Assembly: GCA_951804945.1 (NCBI GenBank)
Contig: OX638153.1
Span: 46,066,001 to 46,130,000 of the forward strand
Length of the DNA stretch: 64,000 bases
Source: Podarcis cretensis
Lineage: Eukaryota
Direction of reading: 5' to 3'
Position 1 is the stretch's first letter, and every line of letters begins with the position of its first letter. Under the pieces are notes generated by a model that saw only the letters and a list, made by a program, of their open reading frames with translations, made no database searches and had not been told where the DNA came from. Positions 38,471 through 51,437 of this stretch are shown here, one piece after another. The position numbers were made by a program, and so were the translations under genes.

Positions 38471-41339
38471 AAATTGCTTCTGAAAATACAGGAGACACCC
38501 CCAACATGGTGCCCTCTGGATGCTTTGGACTACAATTCCCTTAATCCCTGACTATTTGCCATACTGTCTGGGTTTTGATGGGACTCAACAACTGGAGGAC
38601 ATGAGGTTGTGGAAAGCTGACATAGAGGTTTCCATTTAGTTAACTTGACTGTATATGTACAGATACAAAAAACAAAAAAACCACCCATACTTTTATATCT
38701 GAATACCTATATCACCAACATGATATAGTTAGCACATACAAACAAATTGTGCTTATTGTCTCTGTATCTACTCAAGTACACAATTGCAGAGGAAAACCAT
38801 ACTGGGGCCTGGACATTTTACGGGAGATAGTTGCAGCCATCTCTATAAATGTACCTTTCCTTATTTCAAGAAAAAAAGATTATCCAGAGAAATGGGTATA
38901 GCTGACTCAATTGCATTTGAAATAATTCTCATGTGAAGGAGCACATTTATTATTCATTTAAAATATGCTGCTTATCTTTGTAAAACCAAGACAGCTTCAG
39001 TTAATTAAAACACTATACAAGATACCAAAGACATATAATAAAAATGAGACTAAAACAAAACAATTTCTGTTGGAGATGGGGGGGGGGGAGGTTTTGCTTG
39101 TCTCTGAAAAGGCAAGCTAGCATGAAGAGCAGTGAATTTCAGAAATGGCATTTTGAAACTGGTTATCCATATGCAATTTTCAGGATTGGCTTCAGGACCT
39201 CTGGGGAAGCAGGTATTTGAAACCCCCCACCTCCTAATACTTCCTGAAAAATCCCCATATCAATGTTGTCTCTGTGAACATATATATGTCACTCAAGGAA
39301 TAATTCTGAGGACCTTCTGAACTGGACAATGTTCTCTATCCTGGGCTGACCTAGTGAACTGCTGGAGTGTGCACTTGCCTACATAAACTACAGTGACCAT
39401 ATACAAACAAGGACAGGGTTCTGCTGTTTTAATAGTTGGTATGGCAAGGTACGCCTGTTCAATTTCTTCTTCTTCACAAGTATTTAAGGGGTGGGAGCCT
39501 GATGCTTTCCCCCCTATCTTGTCATCTTAATATAAACTGAGAGTGGGGAGGAGAGAAGAAAACAGGACACTTTTGAACCCTTGTGGATCCTTCCCCCACA
39601 TAGATGTTGCACCTGTGTAGGGAAGAGTCATGCCCTAGGTGAACACTAGTCCCCTTGCACACCATTACTGCTAGTGCAGAGGTAAATCAGAATGGACGCA
39701 GGAGCTGAGCTTATTTATAGGCACTGTTACCCAAGGGGAACATTTGAAGGTAATGGTATACTATTGATTTTAAAGTGAACAATTAGTTCCACTTTCTTAT
39801 AATTACTTTCTGTCAGGTTCCAGATGGGATTTTTCTGTCACATGCTATGAGTGCCACTCTTGTGTGTAAGATCTCCATTAAGAAGCATTTCAATTTATGC
39901 AGGCCATTCTGTGGTTTTTTTTCTAGAAAGGCTTTCACTGAATAGGTTAAGGAAGTCACAATGTAGGAAAAAGCATAATTCATACTCTCATTGCTATCTG
40001 AATACTTTCCCCGCTCGAAAGGTAGAGTTATTGATATTCTGATGGAAGTTGATGAAAGCTCTGTGAATACCCTGAAACACTAAGATGCAAAGTGGTTTAT
40101 ATCTTACTTGCTATCAATCAATGTTATGAATTCCAACTAACCTTTTATAAAAGAACATCGAGAAGAAATGGCCTTCAAAGGGGAGGGGGAGTTTAGAAAC
40201 TTATTACTACATTTCCTTGAGTGCCCTTCCTTTCCCCTCAAATTTTCATACCATACAACACTTGGAAATACAACTGATAATGTTTTTATTTTTAAATTGT
40301 GTCTGTGTCTTATATCCCACTGGATATAATTTATCTAATTGCACTCTAATTGAGATAATTAGTTCTACGTGCAAAAGCACATGCTCATGGACTTCTATTA
40401 GATGCTTATCCAAATGGAGGTGTCATTTACGGAACCAGGCACAATGTGCCCAGGCCATCAGGATGGGGAGAGGGAATGAGAAATAAGGAGAAATAATGAC
40501 AAGGGATCACAAGCATGGGATCAAAATGGCCCCAACATTGTTAATTACAGATACCAGTAGGTTTTGGCATAAGCATTGGGTGTATATCCTGAACCAGCTA
40601 ACCCACTTGTTGGGTGATTTTCCTTCAGGGTCAATCCCTATGGTGCTAATCAATTCTGGGTAATCCCTCTGGAATGCAAATTTGGGGAGTGCTATGGCCC
40701 ATTAGCCCTTGTCTGGGCATTTGGACAGTATCCATCCCCCTGGACTCTTTTAACCGGGTATCCTGAAACTTTGACCAATGAAACAGGGGTTAATGAAATG
40801 GGGCTGAATGAAGCCAGGTTTGGGGAGGCTTCTCCCAGGTCTGCCCTGACCTTCCCACCCCTAAACTTGTGTGCAGTTGGGCAATTAAAATTTTAAAGTT
40901 TCACGGTGGGGCCTGCCCTCCCATGCAACCAGTGGAGGAGTTTCGTGGGCTGTCAGGTCTTGTGAGGGCAAGCAGATGCCGCTCTGACATACCTGCGGCC
41001 ACACTGGGCCACAACTGCCACACACACACACGTTGGAATTGGTAAGCAGGCTTTATTCATCCTACATTGTTTTCAGTCGGGTGTATGTTCAGATGCACAT
41101 CAAAATGCACATTTCCATCCATATTCTGATGCAGTTGATCCTGTATGACTCCAGCTGAATGACTCCAGTTGAATTGTGAAATATCCCTATTTCCCCCATA
41201 CATCCATACAAACAGTTTTTAAAGCAGTTTTTCAGCTAATAGTAGTTTTGGGGAAGGTTCATTGCTCAATGGCAGAGAATTTGCCTAGCATGCAGAAGGT
41301 TTAAAGTTTAGTCCCTGGCATCTCCAGGTAGGGCTTTTA

Positions 41340-41478
41340 AAAATGCTTTTTAAAAAAAACATTTTGAAAAATACATTGAAATTGCCATAACTCACCATCG
41401 CCATCTAGTGTCACATTTGTATGCTGCAGTTTACAACACACTTAAAACGTTTTATTTGCAGCTGTATAGCTGAGTCCT
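41340..41478 (-). repeat. Unclassified ~140-bp dispersed repeat with CTCF-like motif, copy 1
   Basis: Reverse complement aligns end to end with 49131-49268. Confidence 0.85.
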
Positions 41479-41480
41479 CA

Positions 41481-41580
41481 GTTCTGGCACCTCTCAGGTG
41501 ACCACCATTTCCATTATAAGAGAACAAGGGAAGCATTGTTGGTGAGTTCTGGTACCTCTTTTTCTAGAAAAATGGCACTG
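41481..41580. mobile_element. MITE fragment; related copy at ~61985-62105
   Basis: Shared ccattataagagaacaaggga...ttctagaaaaat(g/a)gc core. Confidence 0.65.
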
Positions 41581-41769
41581 CATATATGTATTGGATTTCA
41601 CTAACAGTAACACTACCTAGTAGCAACTTACACGTAAACTTAAAAGTAGCTGACATTTAATAAACACTTATTTAATAAGCACTTCTAACACTGACATTTA
41701 ACAATGGATTGCACAGGGGCGGGCGGGAAGTCTTTCATGCTAGAATCAATGGATCTTGAATGTGGACAT

Positions 41770-41930
41770 ATTAAACATATATTGAGTCAGACTGTGAGTT
41801 CATCTAACTCAGCATTGTCTATACTGCCTACACTGACTGTCAGTAGCTGTTTAGGGTCTCAGACAGGGGTCTTTCTTAGCCCAACCTGAAGATACCAAGG
41901 ACTGAATCTAGGTCCTCTTGGGTACAAAGC
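41770..41930 (-). mobile_element. Squam3-like SINE, degenerate
   Basis: atattgagtcagac...catctaactcagcattgtct...cactgactgtcag...ccaaggactgaatctagg. Confidence 0.55.
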
Positions 41931-43626
41931 ATTATTATTTATTAAATTGTTTATTAAAAGTGTTAGCTGCCTTATCTTGCCCAAGGCAACCCAAAGCGCT
42001 TTCAACCAGACAAGCACATGCTGTATTGCTGAACTACATCCCCCCTCCAAGTATTTGATTTTTATTTAATAAGCACTTCTGAGTATCCAGCTACTAAAAA
42101 AAAAATGGAAGTGGAAGAAAGGTGAGTGACAAGCTTCCTACAGTCTTGACTTTTATCAGGGCACTGAACACTGCTGTTAATCCCACTCCAAGTTTAATGG
42201 GTGCCAAGATATTATCATTTTTTCCAGGAAGCGCTTGGTCAAAAATAAATCAACACATTCCAAATGTTCAGAGAAGCTAACATAGCCTTTTAGCTCATTC
42301 CCTCTTATGTTGCTTCTGAAGCACAGTAATCCACATTTCAATAATTCATTTCCACCAGGCCAATTTTGAGTGAGGTTTATAAATGCAGAGGGTTTTTTTT
42401 TTTTGCTTCTTGCCTGCAACATAGCAACAAAGCCGGGGTTTCTGTGAACCTCTCTGATACTGGATGCAAAAATGTTCATAATTCAACAAGGAATGTCATA
42501 ATATCTATTATTTATTTATTTTACAATTGTCATTCAAAATTAACATTGTTGTGCATCTTCTAGCACTTATTAATCAGGAATAAGCTGTGAACAGCAATAC
42601 TGGTTTTGTAGCTCCAGGTCTGAAAAACTGTGATATGACCTGTTTGTGATGAACCTTTCTCATAAGACTGATGCATCTTAAGAATATAGAGAGGCAACCT
42701 CAAATGTTATTCCACAATGGCTTCTAAATGTTGGGGTGGTGTGCAAAAAAAGGGGTATCACCAGTTATAGCTGAAGGGGGCCAAGAAACATTGTGGAAGA
42801 AAGTAGATACAGTAAATGACAAAATTCAAAGGGCTCTTGGATATTATCAGAATTAAATGGCCCAAACAGTCTTTTCTCTTCATGGGTGTTTTTTTTAAAG
42901 AAAAATGTGTTGGGATTACATTTTTCTACCTCATAGTAATCAGATACCGTGGATCCTGAATGAAAACCCATGCAGTAAGCTCTTCTCCTGTTCAGTATAT
43001 TCTCTTGCGTTACCACTCCCATTGAGCTTTTTGTCCATCCATCCATCATACACCGTGGAACAAGTCATTAGTATTCTGTCACTATTACGCACATTTTGGG
43101 CTGTTTTTGTACTTTGGCAAAACTTGGAGTTTCTTTAAAACTGATGATATCTCCCCCTTATGCATGGAGGATGTCATTTTGATAATAAGGACCAGGACTC
43201 AGAAAATGCTGGCAGTCCCTTCATTCAAATGCTTGCTGTAAACTTGGCACATCTGTGTACATTAATTTAAAGTAGCCACCATGTGTCCCAGAACATCTGC
43301 TCTGCATCACACAGCACAACATACCCACTGAAATGTGCGGACAACATTCTGAATTCTATGTGATCTTCTTTGATGAGAGTCTAACTGTATTCTCCTTAAT
43401 CCATATCAAAGACTTTCCCACTGGGATGCTGGATTTGATCCTTTCCACTACCAAATCTTTGGCCACAGTTGGGACCATAAAATGCAGGCGCCTAAGATGG
43501 CAATGCTTCTCAGCACAGTGAAAAATGCTTAGCATAATTTTGACAAGCAGAAGTTTAATTGTCTGCTGATACAAATAACAGGAGTGTGCTGCAGATAGAA
43601 ATGAGAAAAGACTAGCTTAAACCTAC

Positions 43627-43740
43627 CTTGTGATTACATATGGTGCAAAACAGAGTATAAAAGTGCCAATAAATGTACTGATCTTCTTGGTTGCTCGTTG
43701 TCTCCGCCTCTTCTGTTCTTCTAGGCATCGCTCTCTTACA
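43627..43740 (-). CDS. GPR26: GPR26 coding exon 2 (ICL3-TM6), 114 nt; absent from the ORF track
   Basis: cag| acceptor (AG 43742-43741) and AG|gtaggt donor. Translates (S)VRERCLEEQKRRRQRATKKISTFIGTFILCFAPYVIT(R); phases 2/2 fit exons 1 and 3. Confidence 0.97.
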
Positions 43741-45083
43741 CTGTTTTTTGACATAAAAACATGAATGCAAATTATCATTTCAAACAGCATTTCATCACCT
43801 TGACTTAGAAGCCATGCTCAGGCGTTTGCCTGAAGATGCACAAAAACAAAGAGCGCTGACACAGTAAAAGGGGCTGAGGGGGAGCAAAGTAGCTCACATG
43901 GCCTTGCTGAGTCAGGGGTGGGGAAAACCAAACCTGAAAGCTGACTATAACCCTCCAGAATTCTCTGTCTCATCCTTGGAATTCTTCCCAAGCTACACCA
44001 TTCATTGGCTCTGCTTGGTGCCCCAAATGTGTTTGCCTTTCTGGAATGTGTCCTTGAACTCTGATAATGCCTCTTGCTGGCCTGCATGGGGGAAAGGTTG
44101 GGGTGTGCAGGTGTGTGTAGAAGACATGCCTGTAAGCATAGTAGAGGGCTCCTCCACAAGAAGCCCAGGGGGAGGATTAGCAATAGCATGCCCCACCCTG
44201 GTTGCCCAGTGAGACCCTGGATGCTTGCCTTGCACCACGCCGGGGCTCAGTGCTGGGTTATTAACATGGAGGGGGGCTAGGTACCTCCCTGACAGAGTGT
44301 CATTCCATTAGCAATGGCTGGTGGAATGAGGAACAGGATCCTCGCCCTACTGCCATGCCAACTCTGGTTTCTACCATAGTCATAAAGATTTGGCCTGATT
44401 TTTACCCAACCCTGCATCCCACCTTAATTATTTCACTGGGCCACAGATTGTGCCTGCCTAGGCAATCCGCCTTTGTGATGGATTGGGGCCTAATTTTGCC
44501 AACTACTATGGCAAGTAGCCTCATGGATTTGTAGTGAAATGATTATTTGCTTTAGATTAGAGGAATTCAATGCTCTTTTAAAATGTGACACTCAGCTGGG
44601 ACATAGAAAATGCATTGACACAAGCCCTTCTGTAGATTACGGTAGTTTGGGGAAAATTTTCACCTAACTCAGATAGGAGAATCTTTTGAGCAGTAACATA
44701 TTCATCTCTTAATATAAACCAATGCTTTCAAACTATACCTTTTCAATAAGCAGGCTTCTGGTAAGTAAACTGAACATTTGACATACTAAGGAAAAGATCA
44801 TATTTTGGAAAATTATTAATACATTCTTATAGTTGCAATTCAATTAACAACATAGGTGAAAGAGTTTTGAAATCTGAATCTGATGTAACTCAAATAATTT
44901 CAGCCGGGGAGCTCAAGATCCAGATAGAAGGATGCCACAAGAATCCTTGTGGGCATTGCATAGTGGACTTTCAAAATTAACTTGGGTTAATCCAACAGAA
45001 AATGTATCTAAATTCGGTACTGGTGACAAGAGATGCTTCCTTCCCAGCCTAGTAACTTATTTAATTGGTATGAGGGGGAATTG

Positions 45084-45795
45084 GCATACTCTCCAAGTGT
45101 CCCTATTTTCCAGGGACAATCCCAGAATCATGAAAGGCATCCTGGCTTCTGATTTGGCCATGGAATGTCCCTATTCCCCCTGCCAGTGCCACCTCCAAGC
45201 TCAAGGAGGAGGATGAGCCAGTGGCAGAAGAAGTGGTGGCTACAAGCTGCCCACCTTCTCTCTTGGACAAAACGGTCCACCTGCTGCCTCCTCGTCAGCT
45301 GTAGGGTAGCTGGGAGGAGGCAGGCAGACTCCTTGGAGGCCCTGCAGTGTGCCCTGCGTTGGCTGGCCCCACACCTGGGCGCAGGGCACACACGCCGCCC
45401 CAGGCGCCCGATTGGCTTGCTCTGCTGCTGGCCAGCTCTGAGGTGCAGGCAGAGAGCAGGTTTGCCCTGGGCAGGAAGAAAGGGGAGTGTAGCACAAGGA
45501 GTCTTTATTTATTCATCTATTTATTTTTTTAAAAATCCTTTGTAAACTTTCCCCTTTCTAAAGTTTATTTATTGGTATGTGTTTTTCTTTTTGTAAATCT
45601 ACCATAGGATAAAATAAAATAAAAATCGGGATTAAGGGGTTTTCTTGGAGTGGTGTGTTGTTTCCCATTGGTGTGGTGGTGGTACAAATGCTCTGTAAGG
45701 TGGGGGAGAGAAAAAATGGTGGGATGAGGAGAGTCAGTTGCAGGAATGAGGGAGAAATGTCCCTATTTTTATCTGAGGAATGTTGGAGGGTATGC
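45084..45795. mobile_element. Non-autonomous DNA-transposon-like element with GC-rich interior
   Basis: Terminal inverted repeats gcatactctccaa / ttggagggtatgc; repeated tgtccctatt motif; shorter relative at ~32510-32643. Confidence 0.6.
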
Positions 45796-47598
45796 AATGA
45801 CGGTACCTTTGCATCGAGGGAAAGGGATAAATCGACCTGGCCTACATACTGTGGTTCTCCTCCCCTCATCTCATGACTGCTATTTAAAGAATAAAAACAT
45901 GCACTTTAAAAACTCACACACATTTAACGTCACATGAATTTTGACCTTAACGCAAAGTATTGAATGAGGTTTAGGGGTTAAAGATGTGGAGACCATAACC
46001 CCAACCAGCCGTATTTTGTGCTGTCCTTGCCTACATGCTTGCTTTGCAGTCTGCAAAATCTGAACATTTATCCAGCTCCCCTCAGCTGGAAGGCCATGGC
46101 CAGGTTGATAGGTTAGAAATTGCACAGGCCTGACAAAAGAAGAGACTTGGCTGTGAGCAGAGCACTGTGGATTTTGAATACTTAAATAATAAATGATCAT
46201 ATATTATTGTGCTGTCCAAATGAACTGGGTTTTTTAATGCTTTCATTTAATATTTCTGTTAATAATTGCTAAATGAACACTACCATGTCTGACTTTTTTC
46301 TTTGGGATGTTATTTGAAGAGCCATGAGGGGCAAAAACACATTGGAGATTGAATAGTGTATATGATTTCTATGTTGCTACATTTGGTGCAGGAATATTGA
46401 ATATACATGGCATGTAATTGGCCTGAGGTGGTCCAGAGTTGAGCCAATTCTGGGCTGTTTTCAGCCATGTGAAAAGCTATTAGGGTCTTAAAATAGCCAT
46501 GATGTCCTGATAAAACACTTGGCTGAAATCAGTGCTATTTCTGTACGCAGAGTAGAAAGGTAGCTGAAGAGAAACAAGCCTCTTAGTTCAGGTTGCCTTT
46601 GACATTTAAATAGGGTTAAATGCAACTCTTTAAATCAGTCACACGTATTACATTAGTCATTTCTTTAGGTGTGATGTCATAATAGATTGCTGCCCCCAAG
46701 CTGCTCCTTTCAGAATTGGATCTCAGTACATTTTGAGTAGGTTTGCAGGAAGATTGTGGACACTTGCAACATATGTCTGGGCAATGTGTAGGGCCAAAAT
46801 CTTACTCCGCTGATTAAATCAAGAAATGTCTACATGACTGATGATGCACATTGATGATGCACATTGATGGAAAGAGGTAGAAAAAATATATATGCTATGC
46901 TTATTATTCCCAAGCCAGTCTCCATGCAATAGATAATTTAACAGATCACATTTTGCCTGATTGACGTAGCTTTTCTTGGAATGAGCTGGAACAGACTTGT
47001 TAATTTTGCGTAAATTATGAGATGCAGAGCAGATGACCCAGGCGTTACCTGTTTCAGAATATGACTCCTGTAAACATGTATATATTGCTCCTGAAAGGGA
47101 CATGCCTGCATAGATGATTTGGTTTGCTATTTACTATTTTGTCCATAGCAAAAATATTTGTTCAAAGCAAATGTGTGCCTGCAATATTGACTGGGCGGTT
47201 CATATAGGATATAGTGGTTCATATTCTGAGGAATCTAAGCATAGATCTTGCCAAGCTGCCTTATTTGCGAGTATCTTGCCCGTGCAATGGACTCATGGGA
47301 AAAATAGCTGTCCCATGAGCCCTTGCAAAAGGAAGGGGAAGACTATATAAGCCTGCTTCCTCTGGTGCTCAGGGCCATGTTGCCTTGAGAGCTTCCTGCC
47401 CACCTCCCCTCGAGCTAGAGTCTTCCCAGAACAATTTTGGGTTGCCGGTTGTCAGGGCCAGAAAGGATTTGTTTTCCCTCTCAACCTGATTGGCACCTCC
47501 ATGCTTGGTTTGGCGTATCTACCTGGTTGGAATCTGCACCTTGGTCGCCCAGTGAGACCTTGCTTTTTTGGCAAGGTTCAGCACTGGCCAACTCCAAT

Positions 47599-47948
47599 GG
47601 AACGTGGGTGGCGCTGTGGGTTAAACCACAGAGCCTAGGACTTGCCAATCAGAAGGTCGGCGGTTCGAATCCCTGCGACGGAGTGAGCTCCCGTTGCTCG
47701 GTCCCTGCTTCTGCCAACCTAGCAGTTCAAAAGCATGTCAAAGTGCAAGTAAATAAATTGGTCTCTGGCGGGAAGGTAAATGGCGTTTCTGTGCACTGCT
47801 CTGGTTCTCCAGAAGCGGCTTAGTCATGCTGGCCACATGACCCTAAAACTGTACGCCGGCTCCCTTGGCCAATAAAGCGAGATGAGCACCGCAACCCCAG
47901 AGTCGGTCACGACTGGACCTAATGGTCGGGGGTCCCTTTACCTTTACC
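47599..47948 (+). mobile_element. Sauria SINE, full length, antisense in GPR26 intron 1
   Basis: GGTGGCGCTGTGGGTTAAACC...GGTTCGAATCCC...(ACCTTT)n; flanked by a 36-bp direct repeat. Confidence 0.93.
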
Positions 47949-49130
47949 TTTGGCAAGGTTCAGCACTGGCCAACTCCAATGGAATGGGTTTGGGGTGGTG
48001 CAAGCCTAGCGGACCCATCAATGTGGGTTTTGTGGAATGATGAACCAATCCTGGCCTCAATGCCATGCCAACCTATGCCTGATCCAGCAGGCTTATGACT
48101 TCTTATGAGAAAGACCAGAGATTGCATGATCTCCAATGCACTTTTAGTGAGTGCAGCAGCTCCCATCCCTACACCAGTAGAACGCTGTGAAGGTGCCCTC
48201 AACTAACTCCAAGCAGCCGCACAGATCAGGGGTTAGGGTTGTTCTGCACCTCTCTAAAGAGCGATGCAACCATTTTCATTTTTTCCTGCATCTCCTTGAA
48301 ATCTATGCTGCGTAAATGTGCAAAGGGGGGTAAGGTTCATAGACTTTCCTTTTTAGGCCTGGAATAGTTTAAGATGCTATCATCTCTTGGACCAATAGGT
48401 TTGTGTAACAAAAAATAAAACAAACCTTTGAGATGGCCACAGATTTCTTTTTTTCTGTCTAAAATAGGAAGTACAAAATGCAGAAGAGCTGTTGTGGCAG
48501 CTGAGGTCACTTGGCTAGCCGGAGCACACTGAAAACTCCGATAAATGAAGTTAGTTCAAGAAGGAGGTTACAAGATCATGGCAATTAGCATCCATGTTTT
48601 GCTCCTTAGACTGGCTAGAGAACATAATCTTGTTAATATGTGACATTTCTTTCCTTTTGCTCTGCTCAAGCTGCACAAAATGCCTGTATTTTGGCAGTGC
48701 CGTAAACATAACTAGAAAAAGAAAAAGAAAACCACACAAGTGTTAATTGGATAGCCAAGTCTTTGCAGGTGTTTTCCTCGCAAGAACCCTTAGTGGCCGG
48801 GCATAACATGTCTAAATATTGTGCAATTGGCTTCAACACCCAGTTAGAACTACTGTAATGTGCTCTCTGTGGGCCTGCCCTTTAAGACAGCTTATAAACT
48901 GCTGGTGGAAAGCAAGACAAGGCTCCTGTGCCTTTCATAGTTGCGTAGCACAAAGAATTTCATCAGGTGTAATGAAAGTGCCTCGTTGAACAAAAGTGAG
49001 TGTATACATGGTAAAGTCTGCATGTGGCTGCTGTGTCTTCAGCTAGCTTTTATGTATGAGAGATTGTTTAACACAGGAACCACACCCATGAAGGCTTTCA
49101 TTGGTGCCTCTGGGCAAGTGCCTCAGACCC

Positions 49131-49268
49131 AGGACTCAGCTACACAGCAGCAAATACAACGTCTTAGATGTGTTGTAAAGTGCAGTGTACAAATGTGACA
49201 CTAGATGGTGAAAGTGAGCTATGGAAAATTCAATGTATTTTTCAAAACGTTTTTTAAAAAAGCATTTT
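49131..49268 (+). repeat. Unclassified ~140-bp dispersed repeat with CTCF-like motif, copy 2
   Basis: aggactcagcta...tgcagtgtacaaatgtgacactagatggtg...caatgtatttttcaaaa...aaaaagcattt. Confidence 0.85.
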
Positions 49269-50321
49269 CACAGCGTTCAGATCAACTGTTAGTTCTCTGT
49301 TTCATATCATGAATGAATTTAGTTCTCTGTCTTCTGGTAAAACTAAATCCTCAACTTCTCATTTGGCCAGCTAGAAAGTTCATTCGCAGGAGATAACGAG
49401 TAATTGCTTCTGTTTCATGAACTACTTCTATCAAGAAAATTCTGAGTTTCGTACGCAGCTCTAGCATTACATCTCCAGCATAAATTCTCTGGGCACCTAA
49501 TGAAGTTTTATAAAGTAATATTTACAGCTACATTGGAACTATTTTTGCTTGTTTATACATATGGATTATTTTGTTTGTTTGTTTGTGTGTTTGCTTATTA
49601 TTTATTATTATTCTTACATATAGATTTTTTTTTTTTGGTATGGAACTGTTTTTAATTGTTTCTATACTTTTCTTGTTTTGTAACAGTTTTATTTCCTTAT
49701 TTCTTTTATAATGATATATTTTATTTTTGTAACCTGATCTGGGAGGTAAGAAATAAAATAAGGGTGGTAAGAAATAAAATAAATAGATAAATAAGAACAT
49801 AGGAACATAACAAGAACCTGCTGCATCAGTCCAAAGACCCATTTAGTCCAGCACTCTCTTCTTACAGTGGCCAACCAAGATGGGAAGAAGTTTCCCCAAC
49901 CATCGGAAGAAGCTTTCAGGTAACAGACTTTCCCAACCCTATACAGACACATCACGAAATTGAACCTAGGATCTATTCATAAGCAAAACATGTCCTCTAC
50001 TATTGAGCCACAGCCCTTCTCTGAAGCTCGCTGCTTTTCAACATTACCCAAGTTCTTTTCCAGACAAATTGGAAGAGCCCAGGATCTTTTATCCTTGAAC
50101 CATTCTGAAGGCTTGGAAAGGCTATCTCCTGCTTTCTTCCATTCTTTCTACCCACCCCTAAGTTTGTACCCCTTAGCGTTGGGGTACAAAGCATCTGCAG
50201 GGGCAAAATAAGAGGGTAGGTAAAGTCTAGCTCAAACAGGTTCTCCCGCTTAGATTTCTTTGAAAAAAGAAGAAAGAAAATGCAAAATCTAACAGATTAG
50301 CCAAATTGAGTTACTCCATAA

Positions 50322-50324
<3 letters not shown>

Positions 50325-50361
<37 letters not shown>
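50325..50361. repeat. (TG)n microsatellite
   Basis: Direct read. Confidence 0.95.
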
Positions 50362-50365
<4 letters not shown>

Positions 50366-50981
50366 GACCAGATGGAAACAAATTCCAGGGGGAGTAGATG
50401 CCCACCACTCATGGAGGACCCTCACAAGTGGGCTTCCCCACACCGTCAGATTTTGCTCAGATGCAAATCTAATAGATTCAAACTACTGCTTTATTTAAAT
50501 ACTGCAGAACTTCTACTGTTCAAAACCATGTTTATCTGAATTCATGGTGTTCCTTATGTATAATCCTTATAATTAGTTGTCTATACAGTTCTGTGTCTGC
50601 ATGTTCCTGTGAAATCAAAGCTCCCGTTTGAACAAACTTTAGATAGTGTTATTGAACGCCTCCCAAATCATATGGAGAAGGAAGTCTGCATTATACTGCA
50701 AAATGTCAATGATCCAATCCAACCTTTGCAAAACCTAAATCCATAAGGGGTTTTTTTATTTCTCAGTTATCTCATTTATATACTTTGTTCTCACTTCCCT
50801 TCTAGGTGTGGACTGAAAATGTGCCTAAGAGGCACAGAAATGCTGTGAAATATGATTAGTTATGAAAAACATATGGATTTCAGTGGCATTTATGCCACCA
50901 CATAACAAAGAAGGTTAGTCCTACCGATCAGCTTTGATTTAAGCTTCATAATGTGGAGGGGGTACAGAAGGTGGAGACAAC

Positions 50982-51131
50982 TAGTGCTTTTTTCTGGGGG
51001 TACACATACCCCTAAACATTTTGTGAATCTAAGTTTGGCCTCATTGAGGAGCAGTATTTCAATATGAGTAGGAAAATGAGAGTAACCCTAAACTTCTTTT
51101 AAAAAAAGCAAAAAAAAAAAAAAAAGCACTG
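50982..51131. mobile_element. MITE
   Basis: TIR-like agtgcttttttt / aaaaaaagcact. Confidence 0.65.
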
Positions 51132-51367
51132 GAGACAACCCAAGTCCATTTAAACCCCACCTGTCCAAACTTGCTAGCTTGATGAAGTGAGTATTGGAAA
51201 GCAAAAATAAGGGCATAATCATCTAAGACTTGTGTACGTGGGCCCATACACACTGATGAGCACTGTGGCTTTGTTGACTTTTATGCAGCGTGGGCTATGG
51301 AGTCATGCATTCAGAGGACAACTAACCTGCTTATCCTGAATGTGATCACTAAAGACCCCATGCTATG

Positions 51368-51437
51368 GCTGAGGAAGACCATAAGTAAGGCTTCACTCAT
51401 CTGCTGAGGAAGACCATAAGTAAGGCTTCACTCATCT
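51368..51437. repeat. Perfect 35-bp tandem duplication
   Basis: gctgaggaagaccataagtaaggcttcactcatct x2. Confidence 0.95.

Noticed and set aside
40560-41070. Possible solo LTR in GPR26 intron 2
   Set aside because: GC shift and TG...CA ends are suggestive, but no TSD or second copy could be established.
51369-51437. Possible tandem minimal hammerhead ribozyme (CTGAGGA + short stem)
   Set aside because: The GAAA core box after stem II and a stem III/UH site are missing.
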